A model generated the notes under the pieces. It was given only the letters and a program-made list of their open reading frames with translations, was not told where the DNA came from and did not search any database. This document shows, in pieces, positions 13,400 through 25,587 of a stretch of DNA of 64,000 bases. Made by a program: the position numbers and the translations under genes. Location of the stretch: assembly GCA_003693705.1 (NCBI GenBank), contig RBZT01000578.1:124001-188000 (forward strand), in the 5' to 3' direction. Source of the stretch: Polymyxa betae A26-41 (lineage: Eukaryota; Protista; Endomyxa: Phytomyxea). Within the stretch, counting starts at the first letter, position 1; the number at the start of each line of letters is the position of its first letter.

Positions 13400-16300
13400 A
13401 ATGGTTCAAGAGGTATCCCTGAAAGTACAGCACAGAGAGGCAGCTAGGGTTAGGTGGTCCGTGATGGTTCCACATCGCTCACTCAGAGCGAACCATATGT
13501 TTGAACAAATGCTCACAGAAATTTCAGGAACGGATTGTCTCATTGTTCGCGCGCTGACACACAATATGCAGCTACCCAATTGAAGACAGGTGATGCCATT
13601 GCGATTTGCTGAAACTAAGAGCCGAATATCTGATTATTGCCCGATTTAAGTATTCACAGACCCTGAACTGTTCATATCCCTCGACCATCTGGCACCAACT
13701 GGATCCAGGTGTTATTACCAATCGCAACAAACCACATTGAAGTTCGACTAGTGGTTGTGATTTATTCGTCACCTAAGCCGTCTTGTGGCTTTTCAGTCTC
13801 TAAGTGTTCTTGGGACATTTCGATCTCTAAACCGACTGGGGGCCTTGCAACACACGAGTCAGTTATGGCTTCACAGATGCGTCTTGTCATGGGAAACAAT
13901 GCCTCAACCACCAAGGACCTGGCAATGTGTTAAAGCTTTTAAACTTAAGCCAGCGGAATAACCAGCAACGTACCGATGAGTCTGAGCAGTTTTGAAAAAA
14001 TCTCGCACCGCGAACTTCGCGAAATCTCTTAGCGCTCGAAACGATGGACTCTTACGGATCGAAACATCGCTGAGAATTTCATGGAACACTACAAGATAAG
14101 GCACCTGAGTCATAATTTCTTTAGAAAAAAACTAGTAAAATATCGAACCGAGTCAACACACTCGGAAAACCATCGGAACTAACGACTGCCCAAATGTGAT
14201 CTTATGCAGAACCGTGATAGCAGACTTATTCAGCGAATCATCATTGATTTTATAATCCTTCACCACTTGCATAATGTTGGATATTACCTGTATACTAATG
14301 TGAATGGTCGTTTAGATAAGTCGAACAGCATCCCCGGACCTGAGGTTGAATGCATTTTTGTAGCCAAGATGTGACTTCAACATCTCGATTAAACTCGAAA
14401 TCGTCATCCAATTCTGAGTCCTCTTCCTCGTTGTCGAGGTCGACAGGCTTCCGCTTGCGGCGTTTTTTAGGTTTACGATCACAAACAACATTGGAAGTTC
14501 GATCTAGAGCTTTAAGCTGGAAATACGAAGTTTCAATCAGGAGATTCAATATCCTAATCTGATCAGAATGGTTCCACATTTGGCGAGATTTTGCACCTCT
14601 TAGGGACATTTTTGGCGTTATATCTCTTTAGCAAGTTGGGAAGTGAAAACCGACATTCTTGGTGGTAGTTGATTTGCAATATCAATTCAGAAGCATGATC
14701 ATGGTCTCCTTTATCAGAATATTCGCAGACGCTTCTTAGCTGAACACATCCTCAGTCCCAATTGTTGATGGAAACGGTGGCCCTCATACCAATTCCTTGT
14801 ATAGTCGAACTGAACTTTCAATGACATCCCAATCTATGTTCGCCGCTGACCTCTATAGAATTGTTGGGCAGTGCCCGATATTCACTTGCACTTTCTTACT
14901 GCTACAAACTTGCAAGTATCGTCAAGATAATCAAATTCGAAACAGACTGCGACGTTGTCTAGAGAGAATTTGGCTTCCGATGCATTTTGCTGCGACTGTA
15001 GCACTCGGTTGAACGATAGAAAGAAAGCAAGTACTTGATAGAACTGAGACACAAACTGGCGCATCTCCTTTGGCATGATTTCGTCTGGAGCGAAACTCAA
15101 AAGGGCCACCCGCTGCACAAATCAAAGTGAATTGTTACCATGAATGCTTGTCTGAACCCATTTCTCTTCGAACAGTTGGAATGCGAAAGCTTCAAGAATC
15201 AGTTTGACAATGAAGCATAAACCATGAAAGAAATACCATTAAATCCAGATGACCAAAGACCGCTGGTAAATTCTAGGAGCGTTTTTGGAACTTCATCGTT
15301 CAGATAAACTCGGCGGTTTCTGATCTGATATTGAATTTCAGTCAGAGCCATCCATCATTCTGAGCCCGATCGTTCCTTACAATCAGAGTTTTAGGGTGTT
15401 CAAAACAGGGCTTCGAGCGTTCCAGAACTGATTGAAAACGCGTTCCTGTTTTGCAGATGTCACTGCACTAACGAGAACGCTTCAAGCCAATCACCTCCCA
15501 CTGAAGCGACCTTGACGACACCGCCAAACCGGGAATGCCTACTGGCACGATTCCTAATAGCCAGTAAGCTTAAGGCGATCGGCATTGCAAGAAAGGAGAA
15601 TTACTGCAACGCAGTGGATCGCATTTTTTCAACTTCAAGCAATCTTTGTACAGTCGCCTAAGCACAAAATTCTATCTGATCCATCAAACAGCAGAAAACC
15701 GACCCACCCCCGATCGGTCATCTGGATCCAGAAGTGATTCAGGAGTTTCCTTTTCAATAATGTAGTAAATGCAGCTGAGCAGAGTCAACATCAGGTTTTT
15801 GTCTGGATCGATTTTGTCGGCATAACAAATTCTGCCGATCTCCGTTTCTGCAAGATAACGAATGCAATCCAGGATGTTATCCTACAAGCAATCCGTGTCA
15901 GTACCAAAGGAGTGACGAACTCGTAGGCACCTTCTTGAACACAAGAATGCAACGATCATGTAAACTTTCGAAGATGTTATTGGCAGATGTAGCACTCGGT
16001 TTGTCATCAGGAACTGCCAGGACCTAATTGTGATGCGTTGAACTGGAATATCAGAAAACCCCAATCAGAGGTCACCGTTTTGAAGAAAACGATTGTCGTT
16101 AGAAGAAGCTGTCGTTCCTCTGGAGTTCTTTCACTAAGGAATTATCTCAGTAGCCGATTTATGAATCAAATGGAGGTGCCCAGTACGTTGTGTCCTTTTC
16201 GATGATGTCTCGAATGTTGTGCATAATGACCGCAAAGGCGTTGGATGTGATTAGCGCCTGTTTGTAAACTTGCAGGAAATGAGTCCGATTGAATGTCAAC

Positions 16301-16867
16301 CAGCACCCAGAATCGACAGGTTTCATCATTAAACCCATTATCGACACTAATAAATAGAAATAAGCGCAGATCATTGGCAAATGTTCGACATCCTACAGAG
16401 GACGACAAAGAGCTCTTGGTTGCAATATTCGCCAACAAACAGTGGTATGAATGCGTTCTGCATTGCTGCATAATTGCCTAGATGAAGCCTAGTTCGATCC
16501 TTTGGAGATGAGTTCAGTAAAGATCTCCAGATTTCGTGCAATTGCTCTGCACATACGATATGATTAGCTTGTGGTTGAAGCTATCAGACTTACCCATGCA
16601 TCCTGGCTTAGGAATGAACCTTCCAGTATCATCGACCGAACCAATTGCTTGAATGCAGGACAGCATTGCCTGTTTTTCCTCCTTAACACAGTCCGAGCTC
16701 ATATTAACCTGCTCTTCATGACTGCCGACAGAACGTGAGCCGATACTTTCCGATTCGTAATGCTCATCGTCAAATTTGGGTTTTACAACGGGTCGATCAA
16801 GCGCGGGCTCAGGCCTGACATTTTCTATGTCTGAGGGATATTGTAGAGATTGGGGTTCCTTCTTCAT
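13400..16867 (-). CDS. TIMELESS: Timeless/Tof1/Swi1 fork-protection protein, many exons (3' end approximate)
   Basis: LSCIQAIGSVDDTGRFIPKPGCM, LQVYKQAL, acidic tract then EFNRDVEVTSWLQK, and QVPYLVVFHEILSD...RALRDFAKFAVRDFF match Timeless conserved blocks. Confidence 0.85.
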
Positions 16868-16909
16868 GGCCTGATATTAATGAATTGCACGCACTACGCG
16901 CCTCTGAAG

Positions 16910-16923
16910 AAACCCTAAACCCT
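16910..16923 (-). promoter_or_regulatory. Telo-box-like element (AAACCCTAAACCCT on + strand) in the Timeless/ING divergent promoter
   Basis: Reads AGGGTTTAGGGTTT on the Timeless coding strand, ~43 bp upstream of its ATG. Confidence 0.45.
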
Positions 16924-17131
16924 GCATCGACTGATAATGTTTCACTTTGCAGTTTATGGCAATGTTCAAGCCCATTCATTGATACAAGGTGGTCGATTGG
17001 TCCTCACAAGGAGTGAATTCTGCACTGCATCTCCAATTGTCGCAAGCTCACCATGGCCTCAATGGTCAATTGGTTTTGTAATAAGAAAAAGATAAAATAA
17101 AAAAGTTGAAATTTTTGTTGGAAAGTCCGTG

Positions 17132-18036
17132 ATGGAGGGAGATATATGGAATACATTTCGCCTGATCACCGACCACCGTAGTGCCTACCTGCACACTTTT
17201 TATCATCCAACAAACTGGTTTCCAATCTTTACTTTGGCGAATGGATTTGCATACTGTACAGCATCTACCTCCAAATCCCGTCGAAGTTGCAGAAGTTGCT
17301 GAAATTTGTGCCAATGATCTTCGAAGGTGGGGCGTGTATTCTTGTTCCAATGTATTCGTGATTTATCCGGTTGCAGTAAATTGCAAGAAATTGGTGAATT
17401 AGATGAACAATGTTCGAGTTTGACAGAGCCGTGGGATTCAGATAAAAAAAGGCGTTTATTGGATCTTTCAAGGATTAAAATGGAGTTAGCTAATCAAGGC
17501 TATGAGGTTCGAGTGCTCTTCATGCTTCACTAACTGTTTATTTGTTGTTTGCAGGCGGTAGAACGCTGTATTCGCGAAATCGATAAAAATTTAGAGTCAG
17601 CGGAAACCGTGATTCGAAGCAGGTTATTCTGCCTAAGAGGTTCACTAAAATTTCAACGCGATTGCTTCTTTGCTAAAATAATTCAGGAGTTGCTTCGGTA
17701 CGGAAATCGGCACACGAAATCGCACCAGCCGAAGAAGACTTGGCCAAATCGGTTGACGAATATCCCAGCGAGCCTGTTTACTGTACCTGTCGGAAAGTCC
17801 AATTCGGCAATGTAAGTTTCGCCATCGCTAGATGGATGATTGTAAATAGTTTGTAGATGATAGCCTGTGATGACGATTCGTGTGAGATTGAATGGTATCA
17901 CTACGATTGTGTTGGCCTGAAGACGGCGCCCAAAGGCAAGTGGTACTGTCCAGCATGCAGGTCGAAGCGCTCAACCATACACACTCACCCGAAAACACCT
18001 GGGTCGATTCGCGGTCGACGCCGGCGACATTCTTAA
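17132..18036 (+). CDS. ING: Inhibitor of growth (ING) family PHD-finger protein
   Basis: Last exon encodes [26 protein letters not shown] (ING PHD), stop at 18034-18036; N-terminal ING-like helices (AYLHTFI...VQHLP...FQCIR-LDEQC). Confidence 0.88.
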
Positions 18037-18129
18037 ATTGTAATTTTTTGTCACTTAAAATAAGCTAAATAATTATTATTTGTAAACCGGGACGCTGGAG
18101 ACCTTTCCCGATTAGCTGATTAAGTTTAT

Positions 18130-18500
18130 TTACCGGATCATATCGGTGTCATCGTGACGATTGGGCGGCTGTGGCGATCCTTTCTCAACAGCGCTGGACG
18201 ACTTTTTTGTCGGAGCACTCAACAAGAAAAAGACGAATGCAACGAATATCAGAATGACGAGCATCTGCGAGCTGGTCACCTGGTCACCACTCATATTTGC
18301 TGGAGTCGTGAAAGCATGTGAAGGGGGAACCCCATTTCCAGATATTAAGCGCTGCTCTCCCACCTAGCATGAACATCAACTTACATACTGTCATAGCCGA
18401 AACATGCTGCCTGTACATTCTGCATAATTCCATTGAAGTTGGCGGCTTGCGATTGCAGGAACTGACGCAGGCATTCGCAGATGTTCTCGGGTAAATCCAT
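18130..18500 (-). CDS. SMIM14: Small integral membrane protein 14-like (DUF2615)
   Basis: Exon 1 MDLPENICECLRQFLQSQ; exon 2 TM helix MLVILIFVAFVFFLL followed by K/P-rich tail. Confidence 0.7.
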
Positions 18501-18771
18501 CACTGAATTGACAGAATTGATCGATTTGGGTCGGGAAGAACGAGTTTGGTAAAGGCTGACGTATTGTTGACGTCACGCCCCTGGAATCACTTTAGATTAA
18601 TTTAAAGCATCAAAACATCGACTGTTTTACTACTGAATTCTGGCTGTGCTTGTTCGAAGCCGATTCGCATTAGTACGTAGATTACAGCCGATTGATCCCC
18701 ACGATATCTACTAAGGCCAGCCGTTTTCCCATATATATTAAATAATCAGTAAGAAATAAATAGTACAACTG

Positions 18772-19856
18772 TTAATCAGCGAACATCTCGTTGGACGACC
18801 AGTAATTCTCATCACCGATTCCCCACATGATGGTGTCATGAGCTTCTAGTTTGCCGTTCCTTTGAGGCTCACTATAACCAGGATGATTCAGAATCAGGCT
18901 CGGGGGCGGCAACGTATTCGTCATGATTCGTACGTAATGGTTGGGCATGGGATACGCAGGCGCTTGCTGTTGCTGACCTTCAACATGATACGGCATGGGA
19001 TATGGTTCAATAGCTACAGCAGGGGATGGTCCTGGGAACATATTGAAATCGCCACATATAGCTGGTAGGCCACCCGCTGATGGCGGTCGCTCCTGTTTGG
19101 TCTTGGTCAGACGCTTCCATGGAGGTAGGGATGGATTCGTCCGATCAAAAGGACGTCGATTCTCCCTTTCTTTTTCCAGGATGCTTTCGGTTTTCCATCG
19201 CTGCAAAGATATATGCAGAACGGATGGCTGGAAATATAATTTACACTTCTTGCCGTACCTAATCGAAAATGAGTCGACATGACAAATATCGATACTAAAG
19301 TATACCATGATTTCTGTGCTGATGGTAGCAGACTGAGAGCTTTATCAGTGACCAGAAAATGTGACTTGGCAAAAGATTTTGTGATGAGGTATTTAGGTTG
19401 GCATTTTGTACATATTCGCAGACGAAGAGATTCTATGGCGTCTAGGCCCACTTTTCCAAGTGCCACCTTACTTGTGCTGAACGACTTATCAGTATGAGAA
19501 GTGCTAGCTAGAAGCAAGTACCATTGACGTCCACAGAACTGACATCGCGATCTTTTAATCAGCACGACCTGTTTGCGAGGACAGAGCTTCCTTTCGATTT
19601 TCAAGAAACTATCGCGAACAGCAGCCGGCCAATTTTGTATGATTTGATTCAGGATAGTCAACCATAGGTCGTCCTGCATGGTGACTTCTTGCATCAGTTT
19701 GGATACAAGTATGATCGAAGAGCTAAGGTCGAGTTCGTCCAAGAACGACAAGATCTTCAAGATCAGCGAGTAACCAAGTATGTCAAACGACTGCAGTTTT
19801 CGCGGTTGTAATACTGGATCCAGCTGCATACAGAATGGAACGTCTCCAGCCTGCAT
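18772..19856 (-). CDS. F-box protein with Cys-rich / XPA-C-like segment (5' end may extend upstream)
   Basis: FDILGYSLILKILSFLDELDLSSSIILVSKLMQEVTMQDDLW (F-box); CQFC...CTKC, LITKSFAKSHFLVTDKAL. Confidence 0.7.
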
Positions 19857-20913
19857 TCAATAGGCTTGGGACATGTCAGTAATAGGCAATGCCACGCAGG
19901 GTCAACTCACCGATTCTGGGTGGCGAGTGCAAACCCGGGGGGCCGCCCTCGATGATAATACTCAAAGCACTGAGTGGCAGTCTGGGGATTACGTCGTCGT
20001 CACGCCACGTCGCACAGGGATATGCGTGGCCCAGTTGCGCGTCGAGCTATTTTTAGGGAATGGTCACTTTGGGACCGCTTGTGCTTGACTTGTGGGGGCT
20101 CTCCACCACTGGCGACACGGTCAAGTCAGCCCACCAAGGGCCAAGGCACCCCTATTTCATACACTGAATCATTAACCTTACCGCGTTTTTGGTTTCGTAG
20201 GGATACCAAGAACTTACGTGGATGAGCACTTGGGTAAATGCATCCACTGACTAGAACCTTTGCATAATGCGACGTGCGAAATTTTTGTTACAAAAAAGCA
20301 TAGCTGTCTTAATATCATTCTAACTGAGAATTACTGAGAAACAAATTAAAAATGTGAAAATAGCGTTTGAGCAGTTGAGCAGATACACTGAAAGCCAACA
20401 GTTTCATTACGAATGTCGTCTGCGCAAAAGATCGTCCTAATTACATTGGGAGTCGTTTCTGTTGGAGGTGCCGTCGGCTTGTTAAATGCCAGGCATGATC
20501 CGCATTTCAGAGAGGAGGTAAGAGTTAACCTCACAGTAAATGCAAAGCAAGCAAACTCTTGCCTTAGGGGCGAAATCTGCAAGCGATCTTGACCCAACAT
20601 GTTGCGCCATCATCGTCCGGGCAATCAGCATCCCAGCAACGACCGAGCTCTTGATAGAAACGCAGTTGCCAAATCATTTCTAATACAAATCTCGTGTCTT
20701 CGTGAGGATGTATTTTACCAAACAGCAAGAATCGAGAGGAGTGTTTGTCGTTATTTTTGTTTTGAGACTTCCCGTGATGTTGTGCCTGGGATTAAGCATC
20801 AAACCAAACATCATCAGTGATGAGAAGGACGCCTATTAGACCAAGTGTATTATATATATATCTATACCAGATCTCCTTGCTTCATTCTTCATTTCGCAAA
20901 CAACGTGGCGGTT

Positions 20914-22455
20914 TTATTCTCTATTCTGCTGGGTGACTCGGCGAACGGAGATTGTATAACGCTCTTTTGCTGCAGCGATCTCGTCTTTTAGCGTTTTTAA
21001 CTCGACTTTTTTTGATTCGAAATCCTGTACAAGAAGTGGGCTGCCCACAAAGCCTTGACGCTGTTTGAGTTTGGCTGTCTCGACTCTCAAACGATCTCGT
21101 ATACGTTTGGTTTTCGTCATTTGGTCTCGCTTGCTTTGCAAATCCCTATCTAGAGCAGTGAACTTGTCTTTTAGGACATGGTTTTCTTGTTCAATAAATT
21201 CAATCTTCTCTTTGATATGGGTGAGGACCTGAACTGTGGTGGTTATTTTCTTTTTCAGCTTATGTAAATCGTCGTTTCTCTCTTCGATTTTCTCATTCAG
21301 CGTCTGATTTTCAATTTTCAATTGTTCAAAGTCGATCAGATGAAGTCCCTCGGTAAGTTGTTCTTTCTGCTTGACAGCCTCCTCTTGCTTTTTAAGCTGA
21401 TTCCGAAAGTGAATATGCTTCAATCTCAAGCTCTCGAGTTCACGGTCATGCTCAAGCTCCATTGCCTCAAGTTTTTCCATTTTCTTCATCGAGATAGTGG
21501 CCCCCGTTCGGTTAAAAACTGCAGCTTTGCATAATTCTCTTTTAAACTGTTTAAAGCTTTCCGTAAGTTCAGCTGCATTTTCATCTTCTTCATCCAGCAT
21601 GCGATTCAGCCGAGTAATTTTTGAATTGAAGGTATCTTGTTTGGATTTGAACACATTGTAGAGTTCAGCAACACGATTTAAACTTTCAGTGTATTGCCGG
21701 TTGGATTCCCCGGCATCACCATTAACTGCATGAGAAGCACCAGCTGGAAAACTGGACCCGTATTTCATTTTTGCAAGTTTAGATTGAAGCCTCCAACCAT
21801 CCTCTGTTAGTTGAGTGAGTTCATCAATCGCTTCCCGAAGCATGCGCCGCAGCGTTAGTACATTTTCAGGAACCGGCTTGGCTGGCTCAGCTGGGGTGCT
21901 GGCTGAGGGTGATGTCTGCTTGGCTGGTTCAGCTGAAGTGCTGGTTGAAGGTGATGGCTGCCTGGTTGGTTCAGCTGGAGGGCTGTCGGCAGGCGATGGC
22001 TGCTTGGCAGGCTCAGCTGAGGTTGAAGGTGGTAATTGCTCGAGTGGTTCAGCTGGATTGCTGGTCGAAGGTGGTTCGGCTGTTTCAGCTGAAGCGTCAG
22101 TTGACCGCGATATAAGCTCAACTGGCTCAGCTGAAGTGATAATTGAAGGTGAAAACTCCAACTCTACAGGGTTTGCCGACTCAAATGGCAGTTCGGACGA
22201 GAGTTTTCGTTCAACTTGATCAACAGGCTCAACATCATCTGAGGCAACAGGAGAGGGCGATAAAGGTAAGGCTTCATTAGATGCTACGTCAATTACAGGA
22301 GATGGCAAAGTCGACTCAGATTGTTCTGGCTCGAGATCCTCGAGATCCTCGAGGTCCTCGGCAATCTCTTCATCAAGCTCAGTTTCGTCAAGGTCTTGGT
22401 CCTGGTCAGGTACTTCATCCATAGAACGGAAATGCGCCAAGATTCTTTGGAACAA
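20914..22455 (-). CDS. CCDC96: Coiled-coil flagellar protein CCDC96/CFAP184 (DUF4201); upstream exons possible to ~22690
   Basis: LTEGLHLIDFEQLKIENQTLNEKIEERNDDLHKLKKK hallmark, with acidic/Pro-rich N-terminus. Confidence 0.9.
   Translation of the reverse strand: MFQRILAHFRSMDEVPDQDQDLDETELDEEIAEDLEDLEDLEPEQSESTLPSPVIDVASNEALPLSPSPVASDDVEPVDQVERKLSSELPFESANPVELEFSPSIITSAEPVELISRSTDASAETAEPPSTSNPAEPLEQLPPSTSAEPAKQPSPADSPPAEPTRQPSPSTSTSAEPAKQTSPSASTPAEPAKPVPENVLTLRRMLREAIDELTQLTEDGWRLQSKLAKMKYGSSFPAGASHAVNGDAGESNRQYTESLNRVAELYNVFKSKQDTFNSKITRLNRMLDEEDENAAELTESFKQFKRELCKAAVFNRTGATISMKKMEKLEAMELEHDRELESLRLKHIHFRNQLKKQEEAVKQKEQLTEGLHLIDFEQLKIENQTLNEKIEERNDDLHKLKKKITTTVQVLTHIKEKIEFIEQENHVLKDKFTALDRDLQSKRDQMTKTKRIRDRLRVETAKLKQRQGFVGSPLLVQDFESKKVELKTLKDEIAAAKERYTISVRRVTQQNRE
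21870..22140 (-). repeat. Coding minisatellite (PSTSAEPAKQPS-like units) inside CCDC96
   Basis: Recurrent GG(C/T)TCAGCTG every ~33-39 bp on the + strand. Confidence 0.8.
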
Positions 22456-22828
22456 CTATCGATAATGGGTCAAAATTGGTACCGTTTAGGTAATACCAAT
22501 AGGAACATCTCAGCTCCGGTGTCAACGTGGCTAACCACCAATTTTGCATCTGCAATGTAATCTTCCATCAAAACCTGTAAATGCTGAAAGATTAGGGAGA
22601 GTTAGGTGAGCGGAGCCCCTCTGTGCTGTGTAACATAGATCACGTGTGAACCTGGTCGGTAGCAATATCGAGGGGCCCAAGCCCATGATGTCACATAGAT
22701 GCGAGAAGACTCACATACGGACATATTTACTTGAACACTAGCGCCTATCCTTGTTTGCGCGTCTCATTATCTTTCTGTTGACATTGTCGCTCTCTTCTCA
22801 CGCCTAGTTTGCTTGCACTGGGAGAACC

Positions 22829-23851
22829 ATGTCGGATCCGGTCAAGACCCCAGAAGCTAAGCCAGCGAAGAAATCCGTTCCGGTTTTCTTCAAGGATTTC
22901 GGCAAAGCCGTCAACGGTAATGCTGTACAATGCGCGCCGTCCACGATCTGCTCAGCTGAGTTTATCCAGATATCTTGAAGCCATCAAAGTTCGATCTCGG
23001 CAAACAGCTAGAAGTCAAAACAAAGACTAAGAACGGCATTGTATGCTTTTGTCTCAGTTTTGATCTTTGGCAACCCTTTGATAATTTTGCAGAGCTTCAT
23101 TGCTTCAAGCACTTTCCTAGATGAGGATGCGCCTGGCAAACTGGTCGTGAAGTCCAATGTTTGCAAATCGACCGATTTCGAGGGCGAACTTCACACCAGC
23201 GGCAAATTCACTGGAAAAATCATTTCAGAGAAACTCGCACCTGGTCTGAAGGTGACTGCCAGTAATGAATCTATGCCCAGCAAAGGCTCCAGTCTTCATG
23301 TATTAGAATCGCTATATGCGCGAAACAACCTGGCGTCGTCTTTAACTGTTACAAGCAACCTAGGGAAGGATTACAAATTGGATGGATCTGTAGTGTTTGG
23401 CTACGAGGGCATTGCTGTCGGTGGTCAGGGTACATACAAGGATAATGTACTGATCGACTATAATGGTGGTGCCGAGTACGCTGGTGAGGACTTCACCTTC
23501 ACCGTCAAAACCACAAACAAGGCTGACAAAGTCACCGCCTCTTACTCCCATGTTCTGAGCCCCCTTACCACGGTTATCGGTTCATTCAGCTACGATTTTG
23601 GAAAATCCAGCCCTGGAAAAGAATTCTCGATTGGTGGCTCATACAAGATGGATGATGTCTCCAGTGTAACCTCTGTGTATACAACTAAGGGACAGCAGGC
23701 CTTCCTGTCCGCATTATACGAGGTCAAAATCCAGCCGACCACCCAACTGTCTCTGTCTTCAATTGTCGACCTTCACGAAGCTCTTTACCCAGGTAGCGTT
23801 TCCCGTACCGGCCCAGGTGTGCGATTCGGAATCAAGCTCACTCTTGGTTAA
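22829..23851 (+). CDS. VDAC: Voltage-dependent anion channel (mitochondrial porin)
   Basis: PVFFKDFGKAVN-DIL N-terminal helix; alternating beta strands (GSVVFGYEGIAVGGQGTY, DYNGGAEY, TASYSH); ends RFGIKLTLG. Confidence 0.9.
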
Positions 23852-24178
23852 ATTTCCCACACATTTGATTACATAGTATGATTTAGTAAGGTTGTAATAC
23901 ATCACGTGATTGTGGTGATATAGAATTTGAGATTGTCAACAAGTGCAGTGATTACTGTACATGGAATTTCAGACTCTTTTTAGAAACAGAACAGACGGTC
24001 GGGTCTGGTTTGGCACCTTAGTAAATGTTAAATCTGGTAGTATGGAAATGACAGGGAGATGATCGAATTTCAAAACAAAGTCATATTTATTGACAAAGCA
24101 ATTCCAAAACAAGAACTGAAACGCGTCTACGAAATAATTGCAAAAAAACAGTTCCGCCATACTGATTAATTGTGTCGG

Positions 24179-25087
24179 TCAGTTCGAGAGGGTCTGGCTC
24201 TTCCATTGGATCCAATCCCGATTCTTTGATAACCATGTCCAGTCAAACTTCGAGCATCGTCTAAAAGATCAGGTGTGAAAGTGACTGAATACCATACTCC
24301 TTACCTCGTACGAAATCAATGTATGGTTGTTGCGTTCGACGGCCAGCGATATTAAACGGCGTCCTCTACGTGAATTTGCTGAAGTGTCGCAAAGCCGATG
24401 TTGAATTACCTCAAAACTCTCTTGATGTTGTCCAGTAGCCGAATCCATGTATCTCTTTCGAGTCTCCAAGTGTCCATCTGGTGCAAGTCGGCTTACACTT
24501 GTTTGCTTTCGAACACGGCCAGAGCTATCCTTAAACGAAATCGTGGAGGATGACGAATATTGTGTGACAGGCGATGGTCGCTGAATGAAGCTCAGCATCA
24601 TTCAAATAGAATACCATTTAGAGGCATACGCGACGCTCTGGAATAGAAGCGGGTGCAATCGTCGAATGAATTTCGTCTGGCTCTTCTACGACGACATTGG
24701 CCCTAGATCGACCTGCTTCCAGGCGATTATCTTCGTCATCTTCACTGCAGATCACCTCTTCAATCTTGGGCGTGGATTGGTTGTGATGGACCGGAGGCTT
24801 CAAGGCAAATTTCAGTACGACGAAAGACCTTTTAGAATGAAAACCCACCTCTCTATCATGACGCGATTCTCGTCGGATTTCAAATCGGTCTCCATTATCG
24901 AGCATATGATGGCGAGGACGGAAGGTCGAGAAGAATGGATCGCTAAGAAATGGATCGTTTCGAAAGAAATCGTCATTAAAACTACACCGTAATCAGCACC
25001 AGAACCAGCTGGGACCCGTCCGGCACCATACAAAGCATCCATGGTTTCCCGCATGGCTGCAAATGGGTCGAACATTCGTCTGGACAT
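24179..25087 (-). CDS. MLF: Myeloid leukemia factor (MLF) family protein
   Basis: MFDPFAAMRE; VVEEPDE; YSSSSTISF...KQTSVSRLAPDGHLETRKRYMDSATG; terminal FDWTW. Confidence 0.75.
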
Positions 25088-25587
25088 TAGTCTGGTTACG
25101 AATTATGAAAATTACCCAACGAATCTGCGATCGTATCTGGTACTCTCTGCTCAGACGTTAAATATCAGTTGTGGCTGTCTCGGAAGTTTCTTGGTGCCAG
25201 AGTGAAGAACTCGTGACGGTGCTTTTTAGATACACAGCTTTGATGTGAGATGCTCTAAAAATATCAGTGATGTGAACCGATGGGCTAACTCATGGGCGTA
25301 ACCACCGTATAACATCGCTTATCACTGTGCCCGATCGATGGAGATAGTGCAAACTGGCTGAATCAGTGCATTACATCCAGCACTGAAACCCCCTAAACTT
25401 CATTTTCGAATTGCATGCATACACCGCATACCAATCAAGATAACTGAAGACGGGATTTCGTTTGCACTTTTAGAATAACAAAAGTTCACATTTGTTTAGT
25501 TCTAAGTGTGAAGGGATTTGTGATGGGACTGGTCATGCCATCTCGAGACTGAATCTGTTGCTAGACAGCGAAATAGTGACGTACTGA

